Shown here: positions 1 to 13,196 of the stretch, in pieces
How the letters are laid out: the number at the start of each line of letters is the position of its first letter
How positions within the stretch are numbered: position 1 is the stretch's first letter
Assembly (NCBI RefSeq): GCF_044704955.1
Contig: NC_091978.1
Location: 297,414,001 to 297,478,000, forward strand
DNA: 64,000 nucleotides
Direction of reading: 5' to 3'
Source of the DNA: Pristiophorus japonicus
Lineage: Eukaryota
Position numbers and translations under genes: made by a program
The notes under the pieces: model-generated
Told to the model about the DNA's origin: nothing
Seen by the model: the letters and a program-made list of their open reading frames with translations, nothing else
Database searches by the model: none

Positions 1-3000
1 TGTGCCTCCCTGGTTCCAGAGTCAAGGATGTCACAGAGTGGACGCAGGGCATTCTGCATTCTGGTGGGGGGGGGCGATATAAACAGTTAGAGGTCGTGCT
101 CCATATCGGCACCAACGACTAGGTAAAAAGAAGAATGAGGTCCTACAGGCAGAATTCAGGGAGCTAGGAATAAAATGAAGTGATAGTAATCTCTGGGTTA
201 CTACCGGTGCCACCTGCTAATGAGTACAAGAATAGAAGGATAGAGAGGATGTACGCGTGGCCGGAGAGTTGGTGTAGGTGGGAGGGCTTTAAATTCTTGA
301 GGCATTGGGACCGCTTCTGGGGGAAGATGGGACCTGTACAAACTGGACGGGTTGCATCTCAACAGCGCCGTGACCAATATCCTCACGGGGAGTTTTGCTA
401 GTGCTGTTGGGAAGAGTTTAAACTAGCTTGGCAGGGGGATGGGAACCTGAGAACAAATTCAATCGGGAAGGAAGTAAAGTGGATAGCAAGAATTTAGAAA
501 GCAAATCTGTAAGACAGAGGAAACAAGGGTTCGTAAGTAGTAATCAAGGAGGTCTTCCTGTGCAAAATGGTATATACTTTAATGCAAGGAGTATAGCGAA
601 TAAGGCAAATGAGTTAAGAGCACAGGTAGATACTTGGGAGTATGACATTATAGCCATTACAGAAACATGGCCGAAAGACGGGCAGGTTTGGTCGATCAAT
701 ATTCCTGGTTACAGGATTTTTAGACAAGACAGCGAGGGGGGTAAAAAGGAGGTGGGGGGGGGGGCGCTTTGCGATACTGATTAAATAAACTATTACAGCG
801 GTATGGAGGGATGATATGTGAGGGGGATCATCAAATGGGGCCATATGGGTCGAATTGAAAAAATAAAAAAGGGGCACTCACATTGTTGGGCATGTATTAT
901 AGACCCCCAAACAGCGGGAGGGAGATAGAGGAGCAAATATGTAGGCAGATTGCTGTGAAGGCCAAAAACCATTGAGTAACAATAGTAGGGATTTTAACTA
1001 TCCTCATATTGATTGGGACAAATATAATGTGAAGGGTATAGAGGGTCCGGAATTCTTAAAATGCATTCAAGAGAACTTTTTTAGTCAGTATGTAACGAGA
1101 GGGGGCGATTTTGGACTTTGTTTTGAGGAATGAAGCTGGGCAGGTTGAAGAGGTATTAGTGGGAGAGCACTTGGGTACCGGTGACCATAATTCAGCCAGA
1201 TTCAAGTTAGTTATGGATAAGGACAAGGGTAGGCCTGGAATAAAAGTCCCAAATTAGGGAAAAGCTCATTTTACTAAGTTAAGGAGTGATTTGGCTACAG
1301 TGGACTGGAAACAGCTGCTTGTGGGTAAATCAGCATCGGAATAGTGGGAGGCATTCAAGGAGGAGATCCGGAAGGCTCAGGCCAAACATGTGCCCTTAAA
1401 GAAAAATGGTGGGAATAATAATTCTAGAGCCCCCTGGATGTGTAGGGGAGGATAGAGAAAAAAAGAGACGCTTATCTCATATACCACCTGCTAAATACTA
1501 TAGAATCTTTAGAGGAATATAGAAAGTTAAGAGGCAAAATTAAAAAGGATATTAGGAATGCTAAGAGTAAGAGGGTCACTAAAGAAAGGGTAGGGCCTAT
1601 TAGAGACCATGAGGGTAATCTTTGTGTGGAGGCGGAAGATATTGGTAAGGTTCTTAACGAATACTTTGCATCTGTTTCCACATAGGAAAGGAGCAATGCA
1701 GATATTGCTATCGAGGAGGAGTGTGATATTCTGGATGAAATAAATCTAGTGAGAGAGGAAGTATTAAAGGGTTTAGCAGCTTTGATAGTAGATAAGTCCC
1801 CAGGCCACGATGAAATGCATCCCAGGCTGTTGAGCGAAGTAAAAGAGGAAATAGCAGAGGACTTGACCATCATTTTCCAGTCCTCTTTGGATTTGAAGCA
1901 AAGGGTAATGGTTGATGGATGTTTTTGTGACTGGAAGGATGTTTGCAGTAGGGTTCCGCAGGGCTCAGTACTGGGTCCCTTGCTTTTTGTGGTATATATT
2001 AATGATTTAGATTTGAATGTAGGGAGCATGATTAAGAAGTTTGCAGACAACACTAAAATTGGCTGTGTGGCTGATGGTGCCAGAGGATTGGAGGACTGCT
2101 AATGTAGTACTCTTGTTTAAGAAGGGTGAAAGGGATAGGCTGAGTAATTACAGGCCTGTCAACCTAACCTCAGTGGTGGGAAAATTATTGGAAAAAATCC
2201 TGACAGACAGGATAAATCTACATTTGGAAAGGCAAGGATTAATTAGGGACAGTCAGTACGGATTGTTAAGGGACGATTGTGTTTGATTGACCTGATTGAA
2301 TTTTTTGAGGAGATAACTAAGAGGGTCAATGAGGGTAGTGCGTACGATGTAGTGTATATGGACTTTAGCAAAGCTTTTGATAAGGTCCCACATGATACAA
2401 TGTTCACGAAGGTCAAAGGCCATGGGATCCAGGGCAAAGTGGCAAGTTGGATCCAACATTGGCTTAGAGGTAGGAAGCAAAGGGTAATGGTTGATGGATG
2501 TTTTTGTGACTAGAAGGATGTTTCCAGTGCGGTTCCGCAGGGCTCAGTACTGGGTCCCTTGCTTTTGTGGTATATAATCAATGATTTAGATTTGAATATA
2601 GGGAGTATGATTAAGAAGTTTGCAGACGACACTAAAATTGGCTGTGTGGTTGATAATGAAGAGGAAAGTCATGGGTTGCAGGAGAATATTAATCTACTAG
2701 TCAAGTGGGCAGAGCAGTGGCAAATGGAATTTAATTCAGAGAAGTGTGAGGCAATGCACTTTGGGAGGGCTAATAAGCAAAGGGTATACGTATTAAGCGG
2801 TAGGCCACTTAATAGTGTAGATGTACAAAGGAACCTTGGAGTGCTTGTCCACAGATCCCTGAAAATAGCAGGCCAGGTGGATAAGGTGGTTACGAAGTCA
2901 TACGGAATGCTTGCCTTTATTGGCCGAGAGCAGGAAGGTTATGCTTAAATCGTATAATACTTTGATTAGGCCACAGCTGGAATGCTGCGTGGAGTTCTCG

Positions 3001-3830
3001 TCGCCGTATTATAGGAAGGATGTGTTGCACCCGAGAGGGTGCAGAGGAGATTTGCTAGGATGCTGCTGGAATGGAGAATCTTAGTTATGAGGACAGATTG
3101 GATAGGCTGGGTTTATTCCCATTGGAACACAGGAGGTTGAGAGGAGACCTCATTGAGGTGTACAAAATATTGAGGGGTCTGGACGTAGTGGATAGTAAGG
3201 GCCTATTTCCATTGGTGGAGGGGTCAATTGTGAGGGGGTTGGTGGATGATTTAGAGTGGATTTGAGGGGGGTCTTCTTTATGCAGAGGGTTGTGAGGATC
3301 TGCAACTCACTACCTGGAAAAGTGGTGGATGCAGAAACCCTCACCACTTTTAAAGAGATGGTTGGATGGGCACTTAAAATGCCGTAACCTGCAGGTTTAT
3401 GGACCTAGAGCTGGAATTGGGATTAGATTGGATAACCTCTTGTTGGCCGGCGCAGATATAATGGTAAGTACTGCAGGGAATCGAATACGGCCAGGGGAAT
3501 CTCCTGGACTAGTTTCAATCACCTGGATGGGTCTGAGAGGAATTTTCCCAGATTGTTTTCGCTAAATTGGCCTGGGGTTTTATCTAGTTTTTGCCTATTT
3601 CAGGAGATCACATGGCTCCGGTTGGGGTGGAGTGCAGAATGTTTCAGTATAAGGGGTTTCGTAGTTGTGTGGGGCGGACTGGTTGGGCTGGGTGCTGTTT
3701 ACCCTTCCGTCATTGTTCATTGTTCATAGATTTATATGTAACCTTCAGGGCTGCTGACCGAGTGCCGTATGGCTCTTTGTCGGCCATGCGGATACGATGG
3801 GTATCGAAATGGCCTCCTGCGCTGTAAATT
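1..3830 (+). mobile_element. CR1 LINE, degenerate (end of ORF1 esterase, ORF2 APE+RT, 3' UTR); 5' part lies outside the window
   Basis: Fragments EYKNRRIE..FLRHWDRFW (ORF1 SGNH esterase), YFNARSIANK..DIIAITETW (APE), [70 protein letters not shown]; many stops and frameshifts. Confidence 0.93.
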
Positions 3831-4327
3831 CTTGAATTTACCTGGTGGTCCAGGAGGTTTGCAGATTCGCGCTCCTGGGCCTCTCTGGGTACGCGCGGGT
3901 ACAGGCCCATATATCTCAGGGGTGCATGCAGTTCACAAGCGCCCCTGGGATCATGTTATATGGAAACCCCATAAATATGAATGGGAATTACTTAAAAAAT
4001 ACATGAACACTTGAAATAAAATTTAAAAAAAACATTACATATTTAAAATTAATTAAAATTCCATTTAATTAAATATTTTAAACAAAAGCATTTTTAATTG
4101 TTTTTCATATGTTTTAAGGGGGCTAAAAATAAACTTCCCTTATTGGACAGAGTTTTTAATGTATAAATGAGTGATAACATTTTATTTTTCTAAACTCTTA
4201 CGCTGCAGGGTATTCACTCAGCAGATGTTGGGCAAATAGCCCAACTCTTCGCCCGCGAATGCCCTTTTCTTTCGGATTCATACGATCTGTCACGAGGACT
4301 CCTCGTAGGGGCTGCAAATTCAGCCCC
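3831..4327. mobile_element. Non-autonomous DNA transposon (Harbinger-type MITE), left end disrupted
   Basis: Ends in AAATTCAGCCCC (4316-4327), like the other TIRs in the window; GC-rich ends with an AT-rich core resembling, in reverse orientation, the element at 37600-38278. Confidence 0.6.
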
Positions 4328-6099
4328 ATTATCTATCTGCTGCTAATATTTCAGATTTATGTTTTTCCAGTACTTTATACAATCGTACTCTAACATTCAA
4401 AAATAACATTAATGGTTTTATTTATTTTAATGAATCTCTTATTTAACTGTCACTACATCTATAAATGATAGATTGTTTGCACTACTATAAAGCTTTCTCT
4501 GTAAGCTTTCCCAACGCAAGGTGTGACATTGAGCAATTCAGAGCAGATTCGATTGCTGTTCTGAGTTAGCTTATCTGGTGGTACAATTGGCCTCATTACC
4601 ACCGAGTAGGATGGTGAAAAATCAGTCTTGCTGAAAAATGCTTACTCTCTAGCAATGCTGATCAACATTCATCCTGTTACAGATTGCTTAAAACATAAGC
4701 TGACTACCATGTTTTATTTGAATCCGAAGATACCAGTATTTATTATTATTTAGCACATTTGTCAAATTTATAGGTTTTAGATACCGTTATGAAATTGTTG
4801 CAAGTAATCTTTCCATTTCCAGCGGATTCAGAATTGAGTATAAAATACATTAATTGCCTATAAAATACAGTAATTGCATATAAACTACAGTAATTGTACC
4901 TTAAATGAAAATTATAAAATATTCAGAAACACAGACGTCTGTTTTATTGAGTCATTCATAATTCCATGATGACATTATTGATAAATACTATTTTAACTAA
5001 GTTGTCCACATCAGATACCATCACAGTACTGTAATAATTGTTTTAGACCACATAATATATTGTACATTAACCTAATTTCCCCCAGAAAAACACCCTTAAG
5101 CAAAAATAATTTTCATGAGTCAGCTGGGCTGTAAATAGACAAACAGTGGTTTGATTTGGGTTTTAATTGAAACTGTCCTGTTTATTTACTTTCATCCATT
5201 TACAACAACCTTACTTGTAGACACAATTTCACCATTAAACGTGAAGCCCAGTGTTGCAATAAACCAGTGGAATGTTGGAAAGTGCAGACTGTTTCCAGGA
5301 TCAATTAGTCCAGTAATCCTTAACAAAGTATTGTTAGAGTATAATAGACTACAAATATAGTGCCGGAATTAAGAATAATCAACATGAATTTATTTGGATG
5401 TTACAGCTTGATTACTGTTCCAGTTTTAGCTACTCCCTTTTAAGTATCTCATTGTTGATAATGATCACAATGATCTGCCATTATAGAACATCCGCTCAAT
5501 TATTTTTTCAAAAACATTTTTCATTAAATACAATAGCTACTATTGCTTCGCATCGTACTTTGAGAAATGTGGTTGAAACAAATTAGAGAAAGATAATTTT
5601 CATTTTGCCCATTCCTCTTTGGTCTCTATTGACTATTCCCTTACCAAGAAAGTAGAGAGGTGACTTATCCCAAACCAGTTGAACCATTTAAAAAAAAAAA
5701 GAGGTGAGGGTGTACATTACTGAAAGTACTCTTTGGAAGTCTTTCTGCTTTCAAAGCTGCAAACCCCCACAGATTTGTGGTTTTAAATCAGCAATCCCTG
5801 TTTAATGTCAGCAGTGCTTGTCTATTTACAGCAGGACACTGGGAAAACCTTAGTTAAAACATTACATTGAGGGAATAATTGTGTCCATTGGGCACAATAC
5901 TGCATGGCTTTCCATCTACCAAAGCACTGGCAGTATTTGGGAGGATGGTGCCATCTAATAGTTCATTGCTTAGAACATAAGAACATAATAAGAACTTTAT
6001 AAGTTTGTGTTTGTGTTTTAATATATGGCGAACGATAGTTTTTCTTTATTCATGTGATTACTACTGACAACTTTAAAATCTTTAAAAAACTGAACTGCT

Positions 6100-6405
6100 T
6101 TCATCCCTCCTCTAAATGTATTGACTCATACTGGTGTACAATGCTATGGGCAACTGCTGCCCTCTTTGTATGCAGTATATTGATCCATGCACATACTCCA
6201 GTGAGGATCACTGGATAGCTATCAGGAGCAGGAGCCCTTCTGTTTTGTTTCTTCTTCTCCCTCACCCAGTAATATTGAATGAATTGTAAAATTTCCACAC
6301 TTACCTGGCTGAAATCAGCTGAAATCAGTAGCGACCCAAATCAAAATTGGATCTTTGCAGTCTGTATGGCTGCAATGAGTGGTACATTTACTTACTGAGC
6401 CATAA
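6100..6405 (-). mobile_element. Old tRNA-derived SINE relic in the putative SLC26A1 3' UTR
   Basis: Minus strand starts TGGCTCAGTAAGTAAA (A-box-like) ..AGCCATACAGAC..GATTTCAGCTGATTTCAGCC; a related fragment lies on + near 4520-4650; recognised by eye, highly diverged. Confidence 0.4.
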
Positions 6406-6559
6406 CTCAACTAATAAAAAAAAACACTTAAATTGATTAAAAATTCCAGTGATCCATAGTTTAAGTAAAAAGTATTTTAAGATTGGCACATATTGCCATT
6501 TATTGCCATTTTCATAGTGTGTGTCTATGCGGCAACAATGGACATAAATATGAAAACTC

Positions 6560-8092
6560 TTAAAGAGAGGAATTACCTGGTTCAGGCCACTTGGCTTCAG
6601 CATACTGAACAGCTGCATGCACGCTATAAAACGCCAAAGTGTTCATCTCCTTACAGTTTTCTCCAAAGTACCCTCCCCTACTCAATGAATCAATCACTGA
6701 AGGATTGCAGTTGGCCAGGAGCAATCTGATACCAATCTCATTATAATCCTTCAGGACTGTCTTCAATGTATTAATACCAACAGTGTCCAAAAATTGTACT
6801 GTGGAACAGTCTAGAATAATCGTGTGAAAATTGTACACTTTAGGAACCAAATGTTTGCTGACAGCAGGCTGTTCTTGATTGATGTTACCATTGAATGTTT
6901 TTCCATCTTTCTGTTTTTTTGTTTTTATTTGTTTGCTTTCTGCCTTTTTCTGCTTTGCAACCTCCAAAGCAGGATTCAGATCAACTTTTCTGAACAGGGC
7001 ATTCATAAAGAAATCTTTATTGGCATAGTACAGAGGTGCTTCAAAACGAAAGACCTTAATTCGGGGAATAGGTGAAAGATTATTATATTCTGCTTGATCT
7101 TCGTACATAGTTGAACCCTGGATTTGACCTAACAAAGCTGTTCTAGGCACTTGAGTGCGAATGATGACGCACAAAAGTGAAAACGTTACCCCTGTAAAAA
7201 GCCCGAGCTCAGTGCTTACTAAAGTTACAGACAGCATTGTGACCCACCAAACCAGAGTGTCAATTTTGCTCATTTTCCATTGCTTTGGCAGATCACGAAA
7301 TTTCATGAGAGCTCCTCTTAAACTGACTATAATGATGCATGCCAGAACACACTTCTGCAAAGAGTAGAATACAGGAGCTAAGAAAAGAAGCAGCATTAAT
7401 ACCAGCACAGCACTGACAACACTGGAGAGCTGGGTCTGACAACCATTCGAATCTTTAACAAGTGTTTTAACCAGAGTCGCACTGGAAGCATATGAATGAA
7501 AAAACGATTGAACTACATTACAAAATCCAAGAGCATAGGTCTCTTGATTGGCCTGTATTGTGTATCCATGCTTCTTTGCAAACAACTCAGATAGTGAGAT
7601 TGTGAATGCAAAGCTGATGATTGCAAGTGTTACAGCATCCATGGCAACTCTGGGTAAGAGGCTCCAACTTGGAACCGTAGGGGGTAAAAATCCAGTGGGG
7701 ATCGCTCCAGTAATGCTTGAGCCATACACTTCATTTAGATTAACAAAGTGGGATATTATTGTAGCTAAAACTACAATGGTCAGTTCCATCGGGAAAGGGA
7801 ACTTAAGCTTGTCCTTATATCGTTCTCCTAATTCTTTGGAAGCAATTAGCAGAGGCATGCAAATGGCAGTTGTTATCAGATCACAGAAATTGGTTTTGTG
7901 AATGTTCTTAAAAATGTTTATCCAAGTTACAACAACACTGCCAGGTCCGTGGCTGCGTGGTAGTTTTATTCCAATGAGGTACTTGACTTGCATTGTTACG
8001 ATGGTAATCGAGGCACCAGTTGCAAATCCATCCAGCAAAGGCTCAGATAGATACTTTGATACAAATCCAAGGTGGAAAACTGCCATTAGTAC
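6560..8092 (-). CDS. SLC26A1: SLC26A1 (Sat-1) sulfate/anion transporter, second (last) coding exon, 510 aa: TM domain C-half plus STAS domain
   Basis: Acceptor ttttttttgttccag|GTACTA at 8093/8092; stop at 6560-6562. Motifs YLSEPLLDGFATGAS, ANQE, FRFEAPLYYANKDFF, HTIILDCSTVQFLDTVG, LSRGGYFGE are closer to SLC26A1 than to SLC26A2 as I recall them. Confidence 0.9.
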   Translation of the reverse strand, partial: VLMAVFHLGFVSKYLSEPLLDGFATGASITIVTMQVKYLIGIKLPRSHGPGSVVVTWINIFKNIHKTNFCDLITTAICMPLLIASKELGERYKDKLKFPFPMELTIVVLATIISHFVNLNEVYGSSITGAIPTGFLPPTVPSWSLLPRVAMDAVTLAIISFAFTISLSELFAKKHGYTIQANQETYALGFCNVVQSFFHSYASSATLVKTLVKDSNGCQTQLSSVVSAVLVLMLLLFLAPVFYSLQKCVLACIIIVSLRGALMKFRDLPKQWKMSKIDTLVWWVTMLSVTLVSTELGLFTGVTFSLLCVIIRTQVPRTALLGQIQGSTMYEDQAEYNNLSPIPRIKVFRFEAPLYYANKDFFMNALFRKVDLNPALEVAKQKKAESKQIKTKKQKDGKTFNGNINQEQPAVSKHLVPKVYNFHTIILDCSTVQFLDTVGINTLKTVLKDYNEIGIRLLLANCNPSVIDSLSRGGYFGENCKEMNTLAFYSVHAAVQYAEAKWPEPGNSSL

Positions 8093-8544
8093 CTGGAACA
8101 AAAAAAAACCATAAGTATGAAAGCAACCATGAATCAGAAACTTTAAATCAGGCACCTACACCCAAAAAATGAGGAAAAATTTTGCATTAATTTTTTCACG
8201 TCGATAAAACTTTATAAAATAGCATCAGTAGAGTCCTAGGATTCTGAATTTTAGATCATGGTTAGTGCATGGCACCGGGAGAAGAGAGATATTCTTTCTG
8301 TCGGCCTTTCAAAATGTTGTTTCATTTGGGCTTTCTCTGTGAAGGGACATACATTTTTCTAATTACCCATATTGTGTATTCAGTGCTGTATTTTTGCAAA
8401 AACACCTCAGAAAAATGTGGAAAGTGCAATGCAGGATTATAAATGTGTTTGAGTATACTGGACCAAAGCAGCTTATGGTATCAAAATGTTCAGATCTTGT
8501 AGCATTTTACAAGAATATACAGTATCTACTGAAGTAATTAATAG

Positions 8545-8910
8545 CAACCATGAAACTACCAGACTGTTGTAAAAACTCATCTGGTTCACTAATGTTCTAT
8601 AGGGAAAGAAATCTTCCACCCTAACCCGGTCTGGCCCACATGTGACTCCAGACCCACAGCACTATGGTCGACTCTTAACTGCCCTCTGAAATGGCCTAGC
8701 AAGCCACTCAGTTGTATCAAACCACTCGGAAAAACAATAAGAATAAAACTGGATGGTCTACCTGGCAAAGGCACACCCAGCCCAGTCAACCCTACAATTC
8801 CTATATTACAACAGTGACTACATCCAAAAGTACTTAATTGGCTGTAAGGTGCTTTGAAGCTTCCGGTGGTTGTGAAAGGCGCTATATAAATCCAAGTCTT
8901 TCTTTTTCAA
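8545..8910 (+). mobile_element. SINE fragments (elasmobranch-type SINE body plus SINE/L2-like 3' tail)
   Basis: TGTGACTCCAGACCCACAGCA..GACTCTTAACTGCCCTCTGAAATGGCCTAGCAAGCCACTCAG body; tail ..GAAAGGCGCTATATAAATCCAAGTCTTTC similar to the minus-strand copy at 60460-60720. Confidence 0.6.
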
Positions 8911-9385
8911 AGTTTTCCTCAACTAACATCTGTGTCAAAATTGGGGGAGCTGTCCCATGGACTAGTTATAGTCATACTCACAGAATCGTACCTTTAACAT
9001 TCACTCCCTCCACCACTAGCGTACCGTTGCTGCAGTGTGTACCATCTACAAGCTGCACTGCAGCAACTCGCCAAAGCTTCTTCGACAGCATCTCCCAAAC
9101 TCGCGACCTCTACCACCTTGAAGGACAAGGCAGCAGGCTCATGGGAACACCAACTGCAAGTTCTCCTCCAAGTCACACACTATCCTGAGTTGGAAATATA
9201 TCGCCGTTCCTTCATTGTTGTAGGGTCAAAATCCTGGAGCTCCCTTCCTAACAGCATGGTGGGAGTACCTTCATAAGGACATGAAATGGTTCAAGAAGGC
9301 AGATTGCCACCACCTTCTCCAGGGCAATTAGGGATGGGCAATAAATGCTGGTTTTGCCAACAACCCCCTCATCCCTTGAATTAAT
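8911..9385 (+). mobile_element. 3' end of a non-LTR retrotransposon (CR1/L2 group)
   Basis: YRRSFIVVGSKSWSSLPNS C-terminal LINE motif and tail GGGCAATTAGGGATGGGCAATAAATGCTGG; same family on - at 60740-60800 and 63636-63835. Confidence 0.7.
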
Positions 9386-9630
9386 TTTTCACTCAAGAGT
9401 TGTGAGCATGTGGAATTCTCTACCACAGAAAGTTGTTGAGGCCAGTTCGTTAGATATATTCAAAAGGGAGTTCGATGTGGGTCAAAATCCTTACAGCTAA
9501 AGGGATCAAGGGGTATGGAGAGAAAGCAGGAATGGGGTTCTGAAGTGCATGATCAGCCATGATCATATTGAATGGTGGTGCAGGCTCGAAGGGCTGAATG
9601 GCCTGCTCCTGCACCTATTTTCTATGTTTC
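9386..9630 (+). mobile_element. CR1 LINE 3' fragment
   Basis: TGGAATTCTCTACCACAGAAAGTTGTTGAGGCC..GGTGCAGGCTCGAAGGGC..TTTCTATGTTTC tail shared with other CR1 copies. Confidence 0.88.
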
Positions 9631-9719
9631 TCCACAAACGTTCCTTTGAATAAAAAAAAGTACTCTCCCTCTATTAGCAGGAAATACTACATCACCAACA
9701 TTTCACTTTGCCTAATCAG

Positions 9720-11300
9720 ACTACAGAGGGAGATACAAGAAAAATCGCAATTGCGGGAAACTGGAAATCAAAATAAAAGTGTCGTAAATGCCCAGCATCT
9801 GAAAAGGAAGAGAGGTTAACATTATTGATAGAAATCCTTCATCTATACTTGTATAAGCTGACCACCACCATATAAGATTGACTAAAATAAAAGGGAGGAG
9901 ATATTAATAAAACCATTTAGACATACTAATTACCTTTTAAAAAGAGGTAAAAAGAAGATTCTGAAATGTGCAGTCAGGTTGTGAAAATGTATTGGAAAGG
10001 ATGATACCGAGTAAAAAGCTGTTACTAAAAGTAATAACACACTATGGAATGTGAATGCGAAAATCCAGTAGGAAAATCAGGGAAGCAGCTAAGTCTAAAG
10101 TTGCTAAAATTAATATTTAGACTAGATTAATTAAAATTGCCCAGGAGAAAGATGAGAACCTGTTCCAGAAGTTTGCAATGAACTTGGTTGGAGCAGCGAA
10201 TGAGGCTAAAGACAGAAGTGCAAAGTCGAAGTTGAAGAGAGGTTAGAATCACATTTGCAGACAGAACAGACATGGTCACCAAAATCTACACTTGACCTCC
10301 CAAAATAAAGGAAGTCATCATGAGCAGCAAACACAATAGACGAGCTTGGAGATGTACATGTAAATCTGTGTGTCGTATACAATATTTGGGACAACAGTGT
10401 GAGAAGAAGTAAATGACAGGGTTTGCATCTGTGGTTATTGTATGGGAACATGTCTGTGGAAGAGATACCAGTAGTGTGGAGAATAGAAGAGTGAATCAGG
10501 GCTTTGAGAAAGAATATGTACTACATTGCCAATGGTGATAAGTGAGCTGGTTGTTGTTCAAACTAGTAGATGCCGGTTACTGACAGGGATTCTGTCTTTG
10601 TGAGAAGGAGAAGGGATAAGAATAGAGGCAATGGAAATGGGGTAGATGCAGTCAAGAACCTACTCAACCAGGAAAACCGTGGGAGGGTAAAATACATTAA
10701 GTAGAGTCATCAAAGCAAATGCAACTGACACAGTAAAACTTAAGAGGATGGAATTAAGTTTTTGCTGGAAGAAAGGAAGGTAGGAACATGAAAGTAGCAA
10801 GAGAATGTAATAAATGTTTGTGGAAAGTGCCTTTTCTGGGATGGAGAGAGAAATCCATGAAAGGGAGTGAAGAATTGGATGCACGGTATAAAGATCAGGT
10901 GAACAGAATGGAAATTACAGTCAGTGAACTATTTCAAATGGGAGCGAAGCAAGAAGCAGTACCAATACAGACATCACTGAAGATGAGGGAGAGATTAGCG
11001 AATAGGCCTCTGTTGGATTGGAACAAGGAGCTAGAAGTTTAGTGGAGAATATAATGAGTAAAGGGAGCAGGAAAATCAGATGGTTGATATCAAGACAGCA
11101 GTCTCAGAAGATCAAGAAGAGGAGCAGACACAGAGGAGAAAGGGGGAATTAAGACAGGGGATCTCCCAGCCAAAAAGGAAAGCATGAAAATAATAGGCTT
11201 TGCAAGATGATCTCAACATCACGGCTGGCTTGGAATTCATTCAGATGAACGTGGAGGGGGAATAAAGCTGGTCATTTCTGAGATAATCATAACATAATTA
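9720..11300 (-). mobile_element. Degenerate Penelope-like element (GIY-YIG endonuclease remnant)
   Basis: ORF 10206-10451 HRFTCTS..IVF..FLYFGRS..FGDHVCSV resembles the Penelope GIY-YIG motif RFTCxSxNxVY..LYIGET..F.EH; 9720-9850 resembles a Penelope terminal region; upstream boundary uncertain. Confidence 0.6.
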
Positions 11301-12284
11301 TGGATGAGGAAGGCAATTCAGTCTATATAAGAATGATCCTTAAGTAATCTCATTTCCTGTGTTCAACTGGTTCTTAAATTATTTCAGGATTTTCACCTCC
11401 ACTACTTTATCCAATTCAATTATTGTACTCTCTGTAAGCATTCAAACTCATAACGAGGAGGGTTAGAAAGAATAGTTAAAACATAGCAAAGGAGAGCAAG
11501 AACAGAGGTGAAGTTGGAAAGGGTGATGAGGTTGGAAGAATGTGAGGGAGCAGTGGATTGGTCTTCATCACCTGAAAGGAAGGAGAAAAGTTGGTTTGTC
11601 AAAGCAAAGGATGAAGTAAAACAAGTTTGGGGCAGCTACAATGGTGATTGGAGCTGGCACTGCTGGAGACCAAAGTTGGAGAAGTGACTTTAAACAGCAT
11701 TTTGTTTGAGTTATGGACCAAGGAGCATTGCTCAATGCCTCAAAACAATAGTTTCCAGAATAAACTTAATTGGGAAAAAAAGTCTAGGAGAAGTACTTAA
11801 AAAAAAAAATATATATATGTATGAGCAGATCTCCCATGGTGCTGATCATGACGGGATGAAACACTTTCATGAGGACAGGAAAGTTATACCATATAAGGCA
11901 TGAATGTATTCCTCTGGTAAAGTGGAGCTGCATGCCTTTTAGACTATATAGTCTAATTGTTGTTACATAAAGAGAGTCTCAGATGATCAGAGTTTAATTG
12001 TTTGCAGAGGAAAGGAAGAAAAAAAATGTATATAGTGCATTCCGTTCCATTTATTATCTGTGATCATTTGGATTCATAAAGAGGAAGGTTAGAGAGAAGA
12101 ATTAAAATATAGCAAAAGTGTGAAGAATGTCAGTTTAGTTGCTCTTCAGGCTACAGTGCAGAATCCAGAATAAAATTCCTGGTTTTCTTCTTTTTTACGC
12201 GATTGCAAAGGAGACATTCTGACTCCTATGTCAATGGCCACGATATTTACTAGGACGAGATTTCCAAGCAGTGGTAGAGGAGTT

Positions 12285-12790
12285 CTGGTCTGTGAAGTTT
12301 TAACTCCACAGCATGGGAAGTGGGGGGGGGAGGGGGTTATTTTTAAAACGGGTTCCTCGCCCGAAAGCCAGCCTGATTGACAGAATCTCCAGAAGAGGCC
12401 ACAGCCCAGGAGTAGGTAGGTTACCTGCTGCTCGGGATATGGATTGAGGGATGGGTACAGTGTGGTTTGGGGGGTCAGTGCCTGATCGCAGGTGATCCGA
12501 GAGAGATTGGGGCAGAGATGGTGGGTTCAGGGAGGCGGGTTGGAGATCATGGGGGGAGTCAGTGATTGGGGGAGGAGGGTGGGTGAGGTGATTGGAGGAT
12601 GGGGAGATTGGTGATCGTGTGGTGGGGGTTACGATCGCCTGGAGTGGGGGGCTGGGGGGAAGCACTCTTGGTCCACAGGCAGTGCTGGAAAAGCACATAC
12701 CTCTTCCATGCAACAATCCGCGCCCCCTTTAGCTGCTGGGTTTCTTGTGGCCCGGTAACACACTCTTCCTCAGGCTTTTGGAGGCGGATG
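12285..12790. mobile_element. Degenerate non-autonomous DNA transposon
   Basis: AAGCACT..GCAGTGCTGGAAAAGCAC (12661-12696) matches the reverse complement of about 22742-22785; GC-rich with G-tracts. Confidence 0.55.
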
Positions 12791-13196
12791 GGATAGCAGC
12801 TCCCTAGGACGCTCTCCCCGAACAAATCTTCCTCTGTCCATCTGCCACCCTTCACCTCTCTCTCCCTCAACCTTCCCCTCCACCCCACTGTCTAAACCCC
12901 CTCTGGCCCTACCTTCGACCTCCCCCAAAGTATCTTTCCTACCCTAAAACCCATGCTGCAAGGGCCCACTGCCCATCCCCATACTCCAATCTCGACTTAC
13001 CTTCCAGGTTGACCTCCCTGCTACCAAGTCCCTTCAACTGGACCCTCGCGTCTCGCTCCCCACTGGCCAACTCAGCTGCTCCAATCGACCCCCGGCGATC
13101 TCAATGACGTGAGCCTCTGACCAGCTTCAACTGCAGGTTTGGGCCCTTCCTTCAGGTCCTTCACTTCTCGCCCTCACGCACGAGCCTTCTCTCCAG

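Noticed and set aside
8093-8155. First 21 aa of the 531-aa ORF as a standalone gene start
   Set aside because: GTG start lying in the intron polypyrimidine tract; homology begins at the splice acceptor (8092)
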